Assembly (NCBI GenBank): GCA_951406725.2
Contig: OX597817.1
Span: 73,284,001-73,348,000 of the forward strand
Direction of reading: 5' to 3'
Source of the DNA: Octopus vulgaris
Lineage: Eukaryota
DNA: 64,000 bases
Shown here: piece after piece, positions 46,117-61,337 of the stretch
Position numbering within the stretch: the stretch's first letter is position 1
Layout of the letters: each line of letters starts with the position of its first letter
The notes under the pieces: generated by a model
What the model was told of the DNA's origin: nothing
Database searches by the model: none
The model's input: only the letters and a program-made list of their open reading frames with translations
Position numbers and translations under genes: made by a program

Positions 46117-46515
46117 AAGGCGGCGAGCTGGCAGAATCGTTAGCACGTCGGACGAAATGCATAGCGGTATTTCGTCTGCCGCTACGTTCTGAGTTCAAAT
46201 TCCGCAGAGGTCGACTTTGCCTTTCATCCTTTCGGGGTCCATTAAATAAGTACCAGTTATGCACTGGGGTCGATTAAATAAGTACCAGTTACGCACTGGG
46301 GTTGATATAATCGACTTAATCCGCTTGTCTTTGTTTGTGTTTAGCTCCTTGTGGGTAGTAAAGAAATAGGTATTTCGTCCATCTTTACGTTTTGGGTTTA
46401 AAAGCCACCGAGGTCGACTTTGCTTTTATCCTACCGGGGTCATTAAAAGAAAGATTAATAGACTAGTCTCCCTCACCCACAACTTGCTGGTCTTGTGCCG
46501 AAACTTGAAACGAAT
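46117..46515 (+). mobile_element. SINE family B with an internal duplication and a second partial unit
   Basis: Canonical head aaggcggcgagctggcagaatcgttagc; attaaataagtaccagtta.gcactgggg occurs twice; tail gctccttgtgggtagtaaagaaatagg. Confidence 0.9.
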
Positions 46516-47464
46516 ATATGTGTCTATGTGAGAGCATTTGTGTCTGCATGCATAAGCGTACGTGCAAGTGCATGTGTGTGGCAATGTAGTAGTAGTTGGA
46601 GCAGAAGGAGCGGCAGTTGCTGTCGTCGAGTTCGTGCGAACGAGAAAGTCATGTCCCTGAGAAATGTTACATAAGGAACATCAGGAAAAGAAGTTTCTAT
46701 TGAAATATCATTTCATTTCGTAGCAGGTAACAAAAACAATATGCCTATAAAAGACATGGAAAGACTATCTAAACATATAAAGCCACGAAGAAATAAAGCT
46801 CGCTCAAAATATGGGTCTTAAAAACAGAAATATTCCCCGTAATAATATTTAGTGATTATTTCTGGTGGAGCTGAAAATACTACTTATCTCTATTTAATAT
46901 TTATCTTAAGAATATTTATACATCGCCTCTACCTACTTACCACCGAGAAGTCATTGTTTTTGTAATAATGATTTTGTACATTGACAAAGAGCTACAAATA
47001 TACATAATATAGAAAAAGTAGCCATATAGGCGTTATGCATGTATTGCTAATAGTATTCTCAATATAATAAAAACAGAATAAGATAAATAAAAGAATAAAT
47101 AAATCACTGCACATAACCAGCGTATATAAATCTGGAATCGGTTCTGCAGTGAAAACATGCTACAGCAATAAAACTATTGGAATAATAAGATAGAATAATA
47201 TACGAATGTAATATATGTATGTGTGCCTACATTTGAGAATGTGAAAACAAAATTAATGTCAAAAACATTAAATGGTTGCTGTACGAGTATGTATATAAAA
47301 CTATGGTTGGTACTCGCAATCGGGAGAGGACTTGATATCAGTAGGCAGCTGGCTTTCACTGAATGTTTTAGGCGCCTTGATAGCCACGAGCAGACACATT
47401 ACACCGTTTGGATTCTCTCACTCTTGACCCGGTAGAACATTGAAGATGTACGGAGAGAGAAAGG

Positions 47465-47584
<120 letters not shown>

Positions 47585-48114
47585 AGGTTGTGTCAGCACT
47601 GGTGGGGGGCACTATCATCTGAAAGAATGAAAAGTGAAGTTGATTCCGGTAGGATTTGAACTCAAATCGAATCTCGCATGAAACTGGATTAAATATTGAA
47701 ACTCATTTTATTCAACACTCTATCAGTTTATAAATTCCAGATAACGTCCATCCGATCACGTCGCAGTGAAGGTATCGACTAGCTTTGGAGACTTATTGTT
47801 TTGTTCTGTTGACTGACCTTTAGCCTGTCTCGTGATTTTACAGAAAGTACTGTTGACCTAACATAAAACCCTTTAACCTCATCACACCAGCAAGACTAAA
47901 ACATTTTTCCAACTTTTCAAACATTAAAATAAATGCCATTGACTGACTGTCATGTTGTGTTGTATTTCAGATAGTTACAAATATAGATGTATTTTTAAAA
48001 TCTTTTACTTGTTTCAGTCATTGGACTGCGGTCATTTTGGGGTAGCGCCTTGAAAATTCTATTCAAACTAATCGACCCAAGTACTTATGTCTTTCATTTT
48101 TTCTTAACTACTAT

Positions 48115-48690
48115 TTATTAGCAGCATTTCATCTTTCTTTACGTTTAGAGTTTGTTAAATTCCGCTGAGATTGATTTTGCCTAAAATAAGTACCAGTTTG
48201 GCACTACATTCTATGCAATTAACTAGCACGCTCTCCCATAAATTTCTGACCTTGTGCCTATAGGAGAAAGGATTATCAATAGGGCGGCGAGTTGGAAGAA
48301 TGCTTAGTAACATTTCATTCGGTTTGACGATAAGAGTTCAAATTCCGCCGAGGGGTACTTTGCCCTTCATTTTTTCGGGATCAATAAAATAAAGTACCAA
48401 TCAAGTACTGGGATCGATGTAATCAATTTGCTGGCCTTGTGTCAAAATTTGAAATCATTTGTACGTAGGGTGGCATGCCAAAGAATTGTTAACACGTCGA
48501 ATAAAATGCTTCATGGCATTTTATTCTTCCGGCTCATTACGTTCTGAGTTGAAATTCTACCGAGGTCAACTTTGCCTTTCATCCTTTCGGGGTCAATAAA
48601 ATAAAGTTTCAGTCAAGTACTGAATTCAATGTAATCAACTGAACCCCCCTCCATTAAAATTACTGGCCTTGTGCCAAAATTGAATAGAAT
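48115..48690 (+). mobile_element. Three tandem diverged SINE family B copies
   Basis: aaattc..c.gag....ctttgcc...aagtacc...gccttgtg.c recurs at about 48158, 48340 and 48552. Confidence 0.8.
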
Positions 48691-49391
48691 TATTTATATA
48701 CAAATTCATTCGTTCAGATTGTGTTGGAAAAAAACTTATGAAATGTTTAAATTTCCAAATTTATAGACAGTACTATTAAGCTGAAAACTGTAACTATAAT
48801 TGTATTTGAAACGTATATTTATTTATCAATGACAAGCAGTGTCGTATGACTAAAACTGGGTCTTTGGATTCACTTGTGTTACATTCGCAACAATAACATC
48901 TGGTAATTCAAACCCCTTTACTCTTTTAACTGTGATTAGGCCTCGTTAAGAGCTGAGAGCTAAACACAGCCCCTTTTCTCCTTTTTGTTTTTAATGACAG
49001 AATATAAAGATATTTCAAGATAGACGTATCAGTTATCTCCAGTGACTAACATGAAATAAATAGGTAGGTATTTATTTCTGTACTCATTGCTACGTGTTAA
49101 TCGTTTGTGTAATAAAGAATTATGGAAATATCGCCGTCATTTGTTCGTTTGTTCACCACTAAGTAGTGAAGGATCCATTAAAACTACGTATCTATGTGTG
49201 TATGTGTGTGTGCGTGTGTGGGTGCGTGTGTTTGTACGTGTGTATGTGCGTGTTTGTACGTTTGTATGTTTGTATGCGTGTATGTATGTGTCTGTATACA
49301 TAGATACATATATACATACATGTCTCTCTCTCTCTCTCTCTCTATCCATCCATCCGTCCGTCCGTCCGTCCGTCCGTCCGTCCGTCCGTCC

Positions 49392-49497
<106 letters not shown>

Positions 49498-50126
49498 TAA
49501 TGTTTGTTTTTATGTTCAGTTATAGTAAAGTGAATTTTACATTAATCTGATAGGTTACTTTATACTTATGCAGAGTACAAATTTCTTCTTATATAAGAAT
49601 GCTGCTGATTGTGACTTCGAAGTTTCAGCCACTTAAACCATCGTAGGACTACCTATGACAGTACTTCAGCTCACATTGCTAATGTAACTAAACGTAAATT
49701 TGAGGAACGTCAGGGCTTGTAATTGCTACTTCACCCTGCCTACAGTCCAAGCCTAGCACCATCAAATTACCATTTCTTCCGAGCCATGACTCATCTCCTG
49801 CACGGACGGAGGTTGAAAACAAGTGCCGGGTATTTTTTTTTATCTCAAACCTAGTCAAATGGCATAAACATGGAATTGAGCTTCTGGTACAGACAATAGA
49901 ATATGATAGGATAATATTTTGCAATGTTATCTTATTCATTTAGTTTTACATGTTATCCCCTTGGACAGACGTTGCTTAAAAGAGTTCCCGGAATACCCAA
50001 TCAATCTCCGTGGGTGTGTGTTGTCGGTGCTGTACCTGTTGGTGTTGTTATTGTTGTTACTGTTGCCGCCGACATTGTTGTTGTTGGAGCTGGGACAGCT
50101 GGTGTTGGCGTCGCTGGGACGTTGTG

Positions 50127-50189
<63 letters not shown>

Positions 50190-50199
50190 GCACACGCAC

Positions 50200-50230
<31 letters not shown>

Positions 50231-50561
50231 TGTATGTATGTATGTATGTGTGTATGTATGTACGTATGTATGTATGTATGTATGTATGTACGTACGTATG
50301 TGTGTATGTATGTGTGTATGTATGTATGTACGTATGTGTGTATGTATGTGTGTATGTATGTGTGTGTGTATGTATGCATGTATGTATGTATGTATGTATG
50401 TATGTATGTATGTATGTATGTATGTATGTATGTATGTATGTATGTATGTGTGTGTGTGTATGTGTGTGTGTGTTTCTTTTATTCTTTTTTCTTTTGGACT
50501 CCATCTATATCTTGAAACGTTTAAGTCGATCAAATAACCTCCACGATATATATATATATAT

Positions 50562-50860
50562 ATGGTCCAGTGGTTAGGGCAGCGGACTCGCGGTCATAGG
50601 ATCGCGGTTTCGATTCCTAGATCAGGCGTTGTGAGTGTTTATTGAGCGAAAACACCTAAAACTCCACGAGTCTCCAGTAAGGGATGGTGGCGATCCCTGC
50701 TATACTCTTTCGCCACAACTTTCTCTCACTCTTTCTTCTGTTGGCCTGCTCGCGTAGAACAGCGGGGTGGCGTCGTTTGAAGGCTAAAAACAATGCGAAG
50801 CGCATTGTGACCAGCGATGTGTAGCAACATCTGATAGCCTGGTCTGTCACGGTGACGGTG
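50562..50860 (+). mobile_element. tRNA-derived SINE family C
   Basis: A-box TGGTCCAGTGG, B-box-like GGTTTCGATTCC, distinct body, tail (CACGGTGA)n, (TA)n on both sides. Confidence 0.85.
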
Positions 50861-50983
50861 ATATTTATATATATAACGCGGAGTAGATGAAACAGGGACA
50901 ACTGAAGACGGGAAATATTCTTTATGTTGCATGTCTCGTTTCTCTTTTTTTCGTTGTTCAAAAAAAGTTCGTTTCTATGTTTT

Positions 50984-51594
<611 letters not shown>

Positions 51595-51647
51595 TTCATC
51601 CACGTGACACGGTTTGCTGAACTGCTGAGATATGGGATCTAAGTCCC

Positions 51648-52391
51648 GGATCTTTTCAGTTTGACTACCAATTTTCAAATTCTTTAATCCCTGCTCGAAC
51701 TGATTTTATATTCAGTGTAATGATAAGGTTTTATATGCTAATCACTGCTTTGAAATTCTTTTTCGCAATAAATCAATAAAGAGTTATTTGCTTTTAAATT
51801 TGAAAATTTCGGGCAATGTTAGCCAATCGTAAACCAGACACATCTATGCCTGTTTCCATAGTAACAAGCCAAAGATGAGAACTGTTTTGTTTGTGAGATA
51901 GCACGTATTGACAAATATATTCTACGCTGTGTTCTACTGCTTGTACCCACCTGCTGCTTGTACCCTGGTCGAGAGATGTGCTAAAAATAACAGCCAAATA
52001 GGCCTTAACTCACCCACCTCTTCCAATTTTTGTTTTTGGTTTTGCATAATCGTATGAATTCCCGAGTGTAGAATACAAATTCGCAAACATTTTCTAAAAA
52101 TTCCAAAAAGTTATGAGAGGTTTTATTTCGTGCATAAAGCAGAAGTTGATTTATTTACAGTTTCATATTAAAACACATCACGCACACAATGGCAACTTCC
52201 AAATCCTATTTTCTGACTAGGTGAAAATGATCAAATTTTAAACCTCTATAACTTTTCTAAAAATATTTTTTCTTGAAATAGTCGAATATCTCCCGAGATT
52301 AATATTGGAAAACTACAGTAAAGTACTAAATTTTAAAATTTTCAGCAAACTTAGAATTTTCGAAAATTTGGCAGCCAAACTGAAAAGATCC
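51648..52391. mobile_element. TIR-bounded non-autonomous DNA element, related to 43892-44704
   Basis: GGATCTTTTCAGTTTGACTACC / GGCAGCCAAACTGAAAAGATCC. No direct TSD found. Confidence 0.7.
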
Positions 52392-52424
52392 GGGATTTAT
52401 CCTTCCGCGGAAGACTCGGGATTA

Positions 52425-52632
52425 AACAACAAAAACAACAACAGCAGTAGCGGCAGCAGCAGCAGCAGCAGCAGCAGCTGAAGAAGAAGAAGAAGAAGAA
52501 GAAGAAGAAGAAGAAGAAGAAGAAGAAGAAGAAGAAGAAGCGGAAGCAGCAGCAGCAGAAGAAGAAAAAGAAGAAGAAGGAAAAGAAAAAGGAAAAGAAG
52601 AAGAAGAAAAAAGAAGAAGGAGAAGAAGAAAG
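52425..52632. repeat. (CAA)/(CAG)/(GAA) trinucleotide microsatellite
   Basis: Direct. Confidence 0.95.
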
Positions 52633-52647
52633 TGCCTTTATATAGTT

Positions 52648-52775
52648 TTCCTATTTCTTTATTACCCACAAGGGGCTAAACACAGAGGGGACAAACAAGG
52701 ACAGACATAGGTATTAAGTCGATTACATCGACCCCAGTGCGTAACTGGTACTTGATTTATCGACCCCGAAAGGAT
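52648..52775 (-). mobile_element. SINE family B 3' fragment
   Basis: Reverse complement of 33578-33700. Confidence 0.88.
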
Positions 52776-53599
52776 GCCTCTAGAGTTTCGTTGCCGTCTT
52801 AAAAAGCAGAATGCATTGGCTAATGTTAAAAGGTAGAATGATCACTGTTGGAATAATTTTGATCATAGTTCTGTTCGATCAGAGTTGACCAAGGGCTAAA
52901 GCAAAATAAATAAATAAATAAAAAACCTCTCTCCCCCCACCGCCTCAACCAAATCCCAAAATCAACTGCTGACACTGATAATCCACATATATTAGTTTTG
53001 ACACAGCCATTTCTGTTTTTTTAACATTATTTCTATATAAGCAGCTGGACAGTCTCCTCGCTTACCACCAACTGTCATCGGTTGTCAACAAATAACATGA
53101 AGTGCTTTCAGATGTCACTGAGTGAGACCCATTGTTATAGCTTCATCTATGACAATAGATTCATTTGGATAAGATACTTTTGCTCCTCGCATTTGAAATA
53201 TATATTTTTTAAAGTTTTTAGTCAAAGGAGAAAACAACAACAGTAACAACATTTCATTAGAAACCACTGGAACTTAAATGTAGTTAAATGAAAACTCGCG
53301 ATTCCTACATTTCTCGCTGCTAGATCGGTTTTTGTATGGGACTGGTACAACATTTTGCGGAGTTTACCGCCTTTTCGTCCTCCAGGAATTACATTGTCTC
53401 GCAGTTTATCTATTTCTAACATACGAATTCACATCAAGAATCTTTGAAACAAAATACAAAAACGAAGTGTGTGTGTGCGCGCACACACATACACACACAC
53501 ACACACACACGATGGATTCTCCCTTCGAAGACGATACATGAGTGCTCAGTTGTTGTCGAATGACTTGCACGCATGATTTCTTTACAGTGATCGAATGTA

Positions 53600-53763
53600 T
53601 TTTCTGGACATTAGCTCACTCGCTCCATCAAATCGATGTGACTTGAACAGGTGCACGTCAGGTGTCAAGATGAAGTGTTTTGCACACACCACCCAGTCTA
53701 GGAATTGAAACCACGATCTCACGATCGTGAGTACAGCACCCTTGCCACTAGGCCATGCGTCCT
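53600..53763 (-). mobile_element. tRNA-derived SINE head, diverged
   Basis: Minus strand reads ggacgcaTGGCCTAGTGG...GGTTTCAATTCC. Confidence 0.65.
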
Positions 53764-54689
53764 TACTATATGCATATAGAGGGAGATAAATGGATATATA
53801 TATATGTGTGTGTGTGTGTGAGTGTATGTATGTATGTATGTATGTATGTATGTATGTATGTATGTATGTATGTATGTGTGTGTGCATGTATGTATGTATG
53901 TATGTATGTATGTATGTATGTATGTATGTATGTATGTATGTATGTATGTATGTATGTATGTATGTATGTATGTGTGTGTGTATTTGAGAGAGAAAGAGAG
54001 AGAGCGAGAAAGAGAGGGAGGAAGAGGAATAAAACATGGGACATGTAAACCATTCGAATTAAAAGAAATAACATTCAGTTTTGACGAGAGGAAGTCTTTT
54101 ATGGTACATAATGTTGGGTGTTTAATGGTCTAATATAATGGAATCTTTTATGGCATTTAATAAACATGTTTTTGGTGCGATTATCCTCTTGTTGTTTTTG
54201 TTTCCTCTTAATTAAACAGGCAGGAAACCCTTTTATTAATGTTGGCTCCCTTTTGTCCCCATTCTTGTTGCAAAGCGGCAAATAAAATCTGCTTGCTTTT
54301 AAAAGTACTCGATTTCAGTTTTGACTTAATAGTACAGTAATAAAGTTTTTAATAGGGCTCCAGTCTCCTGAATATACTGGCCAAAATAGAGATCTCTATT
54401 TCAAGATCAAGAAAATAATAAATAAATAAAATAAGCGAATATTTTTGGCTAATTTGGCAGAATAAACGGGAGCTTTATCGTATGATGAGTATAATTAGTA
54501 TATTGCCAGACCTTCAATAAAAACCATATTGTATGAAAAGAAGGATGTGCTTTTGTAAAATATATTCTTTGTCATATTGTGTTTTGACATTTTCGTATAT
54601 GAGAAATGTGAGCTCCAGCACATTGACTAGTAAAATATACCCACACTCTCCAAACGTTTTAACCTATTTTTTTTTACCATTCGTAGGTT

Positions 54690-55095
54690 TCAAATTTTAG
54701 CACAAGGCCAGCAAATTCGGAGAAAGAATAAGTCTGTTACTCCGACTCCAGTTTTCAACTGGTACTTATTTTATCGACCTCGAAAGGATAAAAGGCAAAG
54801 TCGACTTCGGTGGCACTTGAACTTAAAACGCAAAGGACGAACAAATTGCCGCTCAGAATTTTGCCCGGCGTGCTAACGATTCTGCTATCCCGTCGCCTTA
54901 TCTATAGGATATTGGCAAGGACAGCAGACTGGTAGAATCGTTAGAGCGTCAAACAAAATTCATAGTGAAATTTAATTATATCCTTTACGATCTGAGTTCA
55001 AATTTTGCCAAGGTCTACTTTACCTTTCATCCTTTTAGAGTCAATAAAATAAAGTACGCAGCAAGTACTGGGACCGTTTTAATCAACTATATTTT
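54690..55095. mobile_element. Two SINE family B copies, head-to-head
   Basis: Minus copy 54690-54899; plus copy from about 54918. Confidence 0.8.
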
Positions 55096-55819
55096 CTCTC
55101 TAAATGTGTGACATCACGCCAATGTTGTAATTCTTTATTTGAAGGCAATCTCTCCTGATCTGTCTATTGGACCTGCATGGACATATATGATGAACGTCAA
55201 GGAATAGTAAACATATAGATAAGCCAATGATGGAATCTCTACACAAGCGTTTCTCAAGAATTTTTTCCCTATGGACCATTTTGATTTCTATTTTACTCGT
55301 GTGGACTCTCATAGCCATTTGATGTTTAAAATATCGTATTATACTTTTATAATTAAATATTAGATGAAAAAATTTGAAAAATATTTTGCAAATATTCTGT
55401 GTATTGTAGAAGTATAACCATTGTCTTCAAGGTCAGCTTAACACGAATTCGCATCAAAAACCTTGCAAATTAAATACAAAATCTGCGATAGTTACCATGA
55501 GAGAAACTCACACATGGCTTTGTGTTTCATATAAGTACACTTGTTTACATCGTTAGTAGGATAAATTTTAACAACGAAATCTTATGTGGATCCCCAAGGG
55601 TCAGAAGGACTCCAGTTGGAAACCGGTGCTCTACACGGTCACTCGATCCTTTAACGACAGCAGTCAAATTCCCCTTAAATCATTTCTTAAAATTTTTAAA
55701 TGTGCATACTGGATAATATATTCCTAAATATACAAAATTCTTGATGGTCACAACTAGAACGCTTGTAAACAACAATGGTGAAATGCCGATTCACCCGAAT
55801 AAGGAATATTCTTTTTTTT

Positions 55820-56190
55820 TTTTACTTGTTTCAGTTATTAGACTACGGCCATACTGGGGCATCGACTTGGAGAATTTTCGTCTAATGTATGTATTGATTC
55901 TCAGTACTTATTTTTTTAACCCTGGTACGTATTTTATTAGTATCTTACAGGGCCGTATATACACCAACATCAGTTGTCAAGCGGTGGTGGGGACAAACAC
56001 AGACGCAAAGACACATGCACTCACATATACATATGTAGAACGGGTTTTTTTCAGTTTCCATCAGCAAAATTCACTTACAAAGCTTTGGTCGACCCGAGGC
56101 TATAGTAGAAGACACTTGCCCAATGTATCACGCAGTGGGACTGAACCCAGAACTATGTGGTTGGGAAGCAAACTTTTTACAACACAGCTA
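55820..56190 (-). mobile_element. SINE family A
   Basis: Reverse-strand tail and head motifs are both present. Confidence 0.8.
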
Positions 56191-57074
56191 TCCATGTCAG
56201 TGCCTGAAATTCCAAGAAACTGAAATATTTTTGTTTATACAGGACAATAATTAACCTTCTCTCAGCATTTTTCTTTTTTTGATTTTTACCTAATCACTTG
56301 AACTTTCTTGTAATATAACCACAGCAAATTCTGGATACTTTCTACTGTCTTCTACTCATGTGTTTCGATTAATTTTTGATCATTACTCTAAAAGTGTCAT
56401 ACCATAATCCTTAGGTAGCTTTCATTAAGTTTACTACTCATTTGAAGTATCCATTTTTCAAACATATATTCACCTGAAGATATTAATGGTAGTCATCAAA
56501 TATGTCACTTATTTCAGTTTTAGAGGCGACAAAATTTTAAATGCTTCGGGTACTTCCACTCCCCACCCCAGAATAACTAATTAAAACTATTCTTTTGTCA
56601 TTTGATATGAAAGTCTCTGATAATGGAGTAACGGTCTGTTTTGTGACTCGGGAGATTAGTTTTAGGATCTTTCTTTTATATTTTGAACATAAGTTCCATC
56701 CCAGTCGTTGGGGACGCCAAGCAGTCTCTCTCTCTTTAGAAATTGATATATTAATCCCAAGACCAGCACGGTTTAAAGCTAAAGAAAAGAATACATAGAC
56801 CACAAATGTATTATACTATTTTAAGTATATCTCTAAGTGATGGAAATAAGATAAAACAATGGCTGTGCTGATGATGCCTATTGAGGTTGAACTACCTGGC
56901 CATAGCTGTCTTTTTGTTTTCCAGATAATTAGATTCACTTTTCCTCAATGGTATATAAATTTGGAGAAGTCTTGAATCTTGAGATTACATGTTGATGGTC
57001 TATTTTTATGTATAGTGTTTTATAAAAGTCTAAATTGTTTTTGCTCAACTTCTAACGCAATAAACCTCGCCATT

Positions 57075-57575
57075 AAATGAAAGAATCTTGGTGGATTCTG
57101 GTTTAAGCATTTCATATAACCCCTCATTACTTTTGTATTGTTTTGAAATGTTCAGAAAACTTTTGCGAATTTGTGTTATATACATGAGAATTCATACGAT
57201 GATGGGAAAAAAACAAAACAAAATTTTTCTGTATGTAATTTTAGGGCGATTTTTTTGCACATCTCATTACCACTTGATACCTTCCTCGTTTCTCTGCCAC
57301 TCCGACATATATATTGATGGTTTTCAATATTTTTCTCTCCATTGCTGGAACTTAGGCAAAACATTCGGACTGTCTGTATTTTAAACTGAGATTAAAAGAA
57401 AAATAGAAAAAGAGTGGAAATTTTAGGCTTTATGGGGATAGAGTGGGTTTAAAAAATTAAAAACAACATTTTTTCATAATCGCAAAAATTTTCTGAAAAT
57501 TCCCTTAAATAAAAAAAAAAGTTGTGAGGGTTATATGGAATGCTTAAACTAGAATTCCGCTAGAATCTTTTACAT
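57075..57575. mobile_element. MITE-like element with about 50-bp imperfect TIRs
   Basis: ggattctggtttaagcatttcatataacccctca versus tgagggttatatggaatgcttaaactagaattcc. Confidence 0.7.
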
Positions 57576-58039
57576 CCCAGGAAGATGACAAGACAAGCTT
57601 CTACTTCCATCAGCAGCAGAAAATATCAAACCTAAAAATAGACTAAAACCTTGAACCATATAAAATAAATAAGGCAACACCAAAAGTATGAATTTTAGCA
57701 AACATTAGTGGGAAAAATATATATAAAATGCACAGAAATTTGAACGAAAATCGAAATGAAAGGGGGAGTAAAAATAGAAGAATGTAAATAGGAAAAAAAT
57801 TTTGAAAATTCTCCTTACCCAAGCACAAAATATAAATAGATAACATAAAATTTATAAATAAAAAATGGAAGGAAAAGCGAGAAGAAAAATCACCACCATA
57901 ATTAATTTATAACAAGAAACTCCTGATTGCTGAAGCGACTTTGTTTTGAATTGTTTTTTAAAACAAAGTGAAGAATTTTGCAGGTGTTCTGTTTCGATCG
58001 GATGTGTATATGTGCGTGCGCGTGAGTGTGTACGTACTC

Positions 58040-58147
<108 letters not shown>

Positions 58148-58411
58148 ATGCATGTATGTATGTATGTATGAATGTATGTATGTATATATGAATGTATGTA
58201 TGTGTGTATGGCTAGATGTATATGTATATATATACACACATGCACAGACGCACGCACGCGCGCGCACACTCGCTCATATTTACACTAATGTATACATTTA
58301 CCGAAAATAAGGATGGATATATACAAGCATGTATTTACATCTTCATAGATACATTCATATATACTTACACTTATATATCAAAAGGGTGTGTGCGAGTATG
58401 TGTGGTGAGTA

Positions 58412-58484
<73 letters not shown>

Positions 58485-59202
58485 AGGAGAGAGTGAAAGC
58501 AAGGGAAGAAAAAGGAGAAAAACAGAAACTGTGGGAAAAGTGGATTTAAAACATACCTCTTAAAAAGGAGGTGTTGGTGGATATGTGAATATTAGAATTG
58601 TCAAAGAATGTAAACCGTTTGTCAAAACATCCTGCCTTTCATTATGAGAAGTGGGCTTGCAAGCTGGTTTGCTAACCAAAAATTAACATCACTTTTCAGA
58701 ATTAACCAAGAAGTTGGTACCGAAAGAATTTATGCAAGTGTTCACTGAAGGAGAAGAAATATAATTATTTGAACACTTGTGCTCTCTTGGGGAGACAATC
58801 TCTTTTAGATTAAGCTAAGTCGAGGAATTTTCCGCATACACATTTAATTTTGTCTTCTTTCCACAGTAGTGTAAAGAGCTTAAAATTTGTAGTCTTTGGT
58901 AGCCATGTGTAGCGCTATTATAGTTATTATAATAAAATTATTAACAAAAAAGCACAAAACAAAACATGCTTGGTTCTTGCTTAGAATTGAACACGGACAT
59001 TTAAAAACAAATTAGTCTTGCTTGAAACAAAACAAATAGTGTAGTTTGAAGCAAAACAACATCGTGGCGCTTGAAACAAAACAATTTCGTGGAGCTTGAA
59101 ACACTAAATAACCTTCTAAACATTAGAAAACGAATGTCTGCATTTATGTTCCAAGTTGTAAGCCACATTTCGTCCGGTTCGCCAAGGATGTTCGCTTTCA
59201 TC

Positions 59203-60877
59203 ACGTGTATGTGATGGCACTTGAGCCGTTACTGCGAAACCTAAGTGGCATCCCGACGAAGCCAGATTGTGGAGGATCGGTTTCAGCATATGCAGACTAC
59301 ATCACCACCATCGTGACCGAGATGGAACACCTACAGATGGTAGGTGAAACCATTAAGGTTTGCGAGATGGTGGCAGGAACAGAGATTAACCGGGAAAAAT
59401 CGGTCGGCTTGCAAGTCGGCACCTGGACAGGCAAGTAAATGCCTTCGGATAGCGTCGTGGGACGTTGGACGGAGGGCCCGGTTAAGTTGCTAGGAGTCTG
59501 GTTTGGCCCAGATCTCCAGATAGGAAAGAGCTGGACTGAGGTATCGAACAAGGTGACCCTCATAGTCAAAACCTGGTCTTGGCGGTGGCTATCCTTGAAA
59601 AGGAGGGTGGAGGTGACCAATGTGTTCATCGCATCGGTCATCATTTACGTCTAACCGTCGTTCCTTGCCCAGATTCGTGGTTGAGCAAGTTGGAGCGACA
59701 GATCTTCCGCTTCTTCTGAAAGGGTTCGACTCCACTTGTGAGGCATTCTATCTGCTGTCAAAAACCGTTAAAGAGTGGACTAGGAATGCCTTGGCTGTTG
59801 ATGCGCAAACATGCTTTGAGATTGAGGCACCTCTGGTTCCACCCGGATGGTGAACGGGTGTGGTCTCCGCTTGCGAAACGGATGTTTCCCAAGTTCACTA
59901 GTTTTGGTGGACGGGAAAGCTGGTTTCGTCGGAGATCGAGGTTGGGTACTTGGTATACGGAGTGCCGTAAGACTCTCCTGCTGTTCCGTCGCTCAGGCAA
60001 TGCCAGCAGTTTTGGTACAACCGCATCTCTTTATAGCAGGTTGGTAGAGGCTGGATGTGACGATACCCTGGAGTAGATTCTGGGTCTCGATAATAATCAG
60101 TTAGTGATTATTATAATGATCCAACGGACATTCGGGCCGAAGAAACTGGATAACTTACAAAAGTCTCTGGCCTGGCAGTGTTACCGAGGAGCCTTACCCG
60201 TTCGGGATAAGCTCACTAGACACAGCCATCCCGGTCCATCAGCCTGTCCAAGATACTAGCAGGAGGGGGAAACCGTCCTGCACGCTATTGTTCAGTGTCC
60301 GGAAGTGTCAGAAGTGTGGACTTATGCAGAACACCTGTTGTCAGATGCAAGAATAGTACAGCTGTCGTCTGAGTCAATTCTAAAAACTGACCCACCGGAT
60401 TTCCTTACGAAAGAAGGTAAGAATTATTTTCTTGTGGTAGTAGCAATCGCGAAAGAGGTGATATGGAAGTCGAGAATGAAAGGATTGGTGACAGGCAGCT
60501 TCATCTCTTGCCTCTGTTTGGTGAAGTTTTTCACCTTTCACCTGAAAAGGAAAGTGGGGCTGGAGAGGAGATGCCTCTCAGAGAGAATATACAAAGACAG
60601 ATGGGCACGTGTGGCACGAATGATGTGTGTGAAAGACACTTCGTGAACATGTCATAGGACTTACCAAAAGGTATCGGTAGCAGAACACGGCTCGTGGGGT
60701 CGGAGCTAAAACCTGTTCCCCTGCTCCATTTTATGTTTGTTACTGTTTTGAAAATTGTTTTATCATTTGTTTAATCATGCGATTTCATTATAAATTTTTA
60801 AACCCATTTTGTGTGTCTGATCCCAAATCAGGCTGTGTTATTCCCTCTATGTTGGCCCCATGTGGGCAATAAAGAAA
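59203..60877 (+). mobile_element. 5'-truncated L1/Tx1-clade LINE: RT C-half, CCHC knuckle, 3' UTR
   Basis: YVMALEPLLR, SAYADYIT, INREKSVGL, VKLLGVWFG, WSWRWLSLKRRVEV, SGLGMP, ALPVRDKL, CPRY*QEGETVLHAIVQC. Several stops; ORF2 ends at 60646. Confidence 0.92.
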
Positions 60878-61337
60878 CAAGTTGTAAGCCACATTTCTGC
60901 AACCAGGTAGCTAAAATTATGCACCCTGGTAATCTTTTGAAGAAAATCGTAGGTTGCCTGACTTTTGTCTTGAAATTTGTTCTTTATAGATTTAGAGAGA
61001 AGAACAAAGAATTAGAATATTGTATACTCCTAAGAATATAATAGATATGAGAAAAAAATTAATTTAGAGGAACTAGAAAAATTATTACATTATTTCGAAT
61101 AAGATAAATATGTTTTCCAAGAAAATTTTTTTAAAAAACCTACGAGTAAAATTTTATTTTTTATTTTACATGTGATTATTTACTTATTTTGCGTATTTTT
61201 GTGACGCTCAACATGAAGAATTTTCTTGGTGGTTGAAAAGTAACAACTCTGAATGAAGCAAACAACTGAAGATTGCCGGCACCTTTTTAAAATGATTTAT
61301 CTGAAATATAGAGAATTCATGCGATTATGGCACTTTC

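Noticed and set aside
56300-56900. Short ORFs on both strands as a host exon or transposase
   Set aside because: No recognisable motif, and frequent stops in the adjoining sequence.
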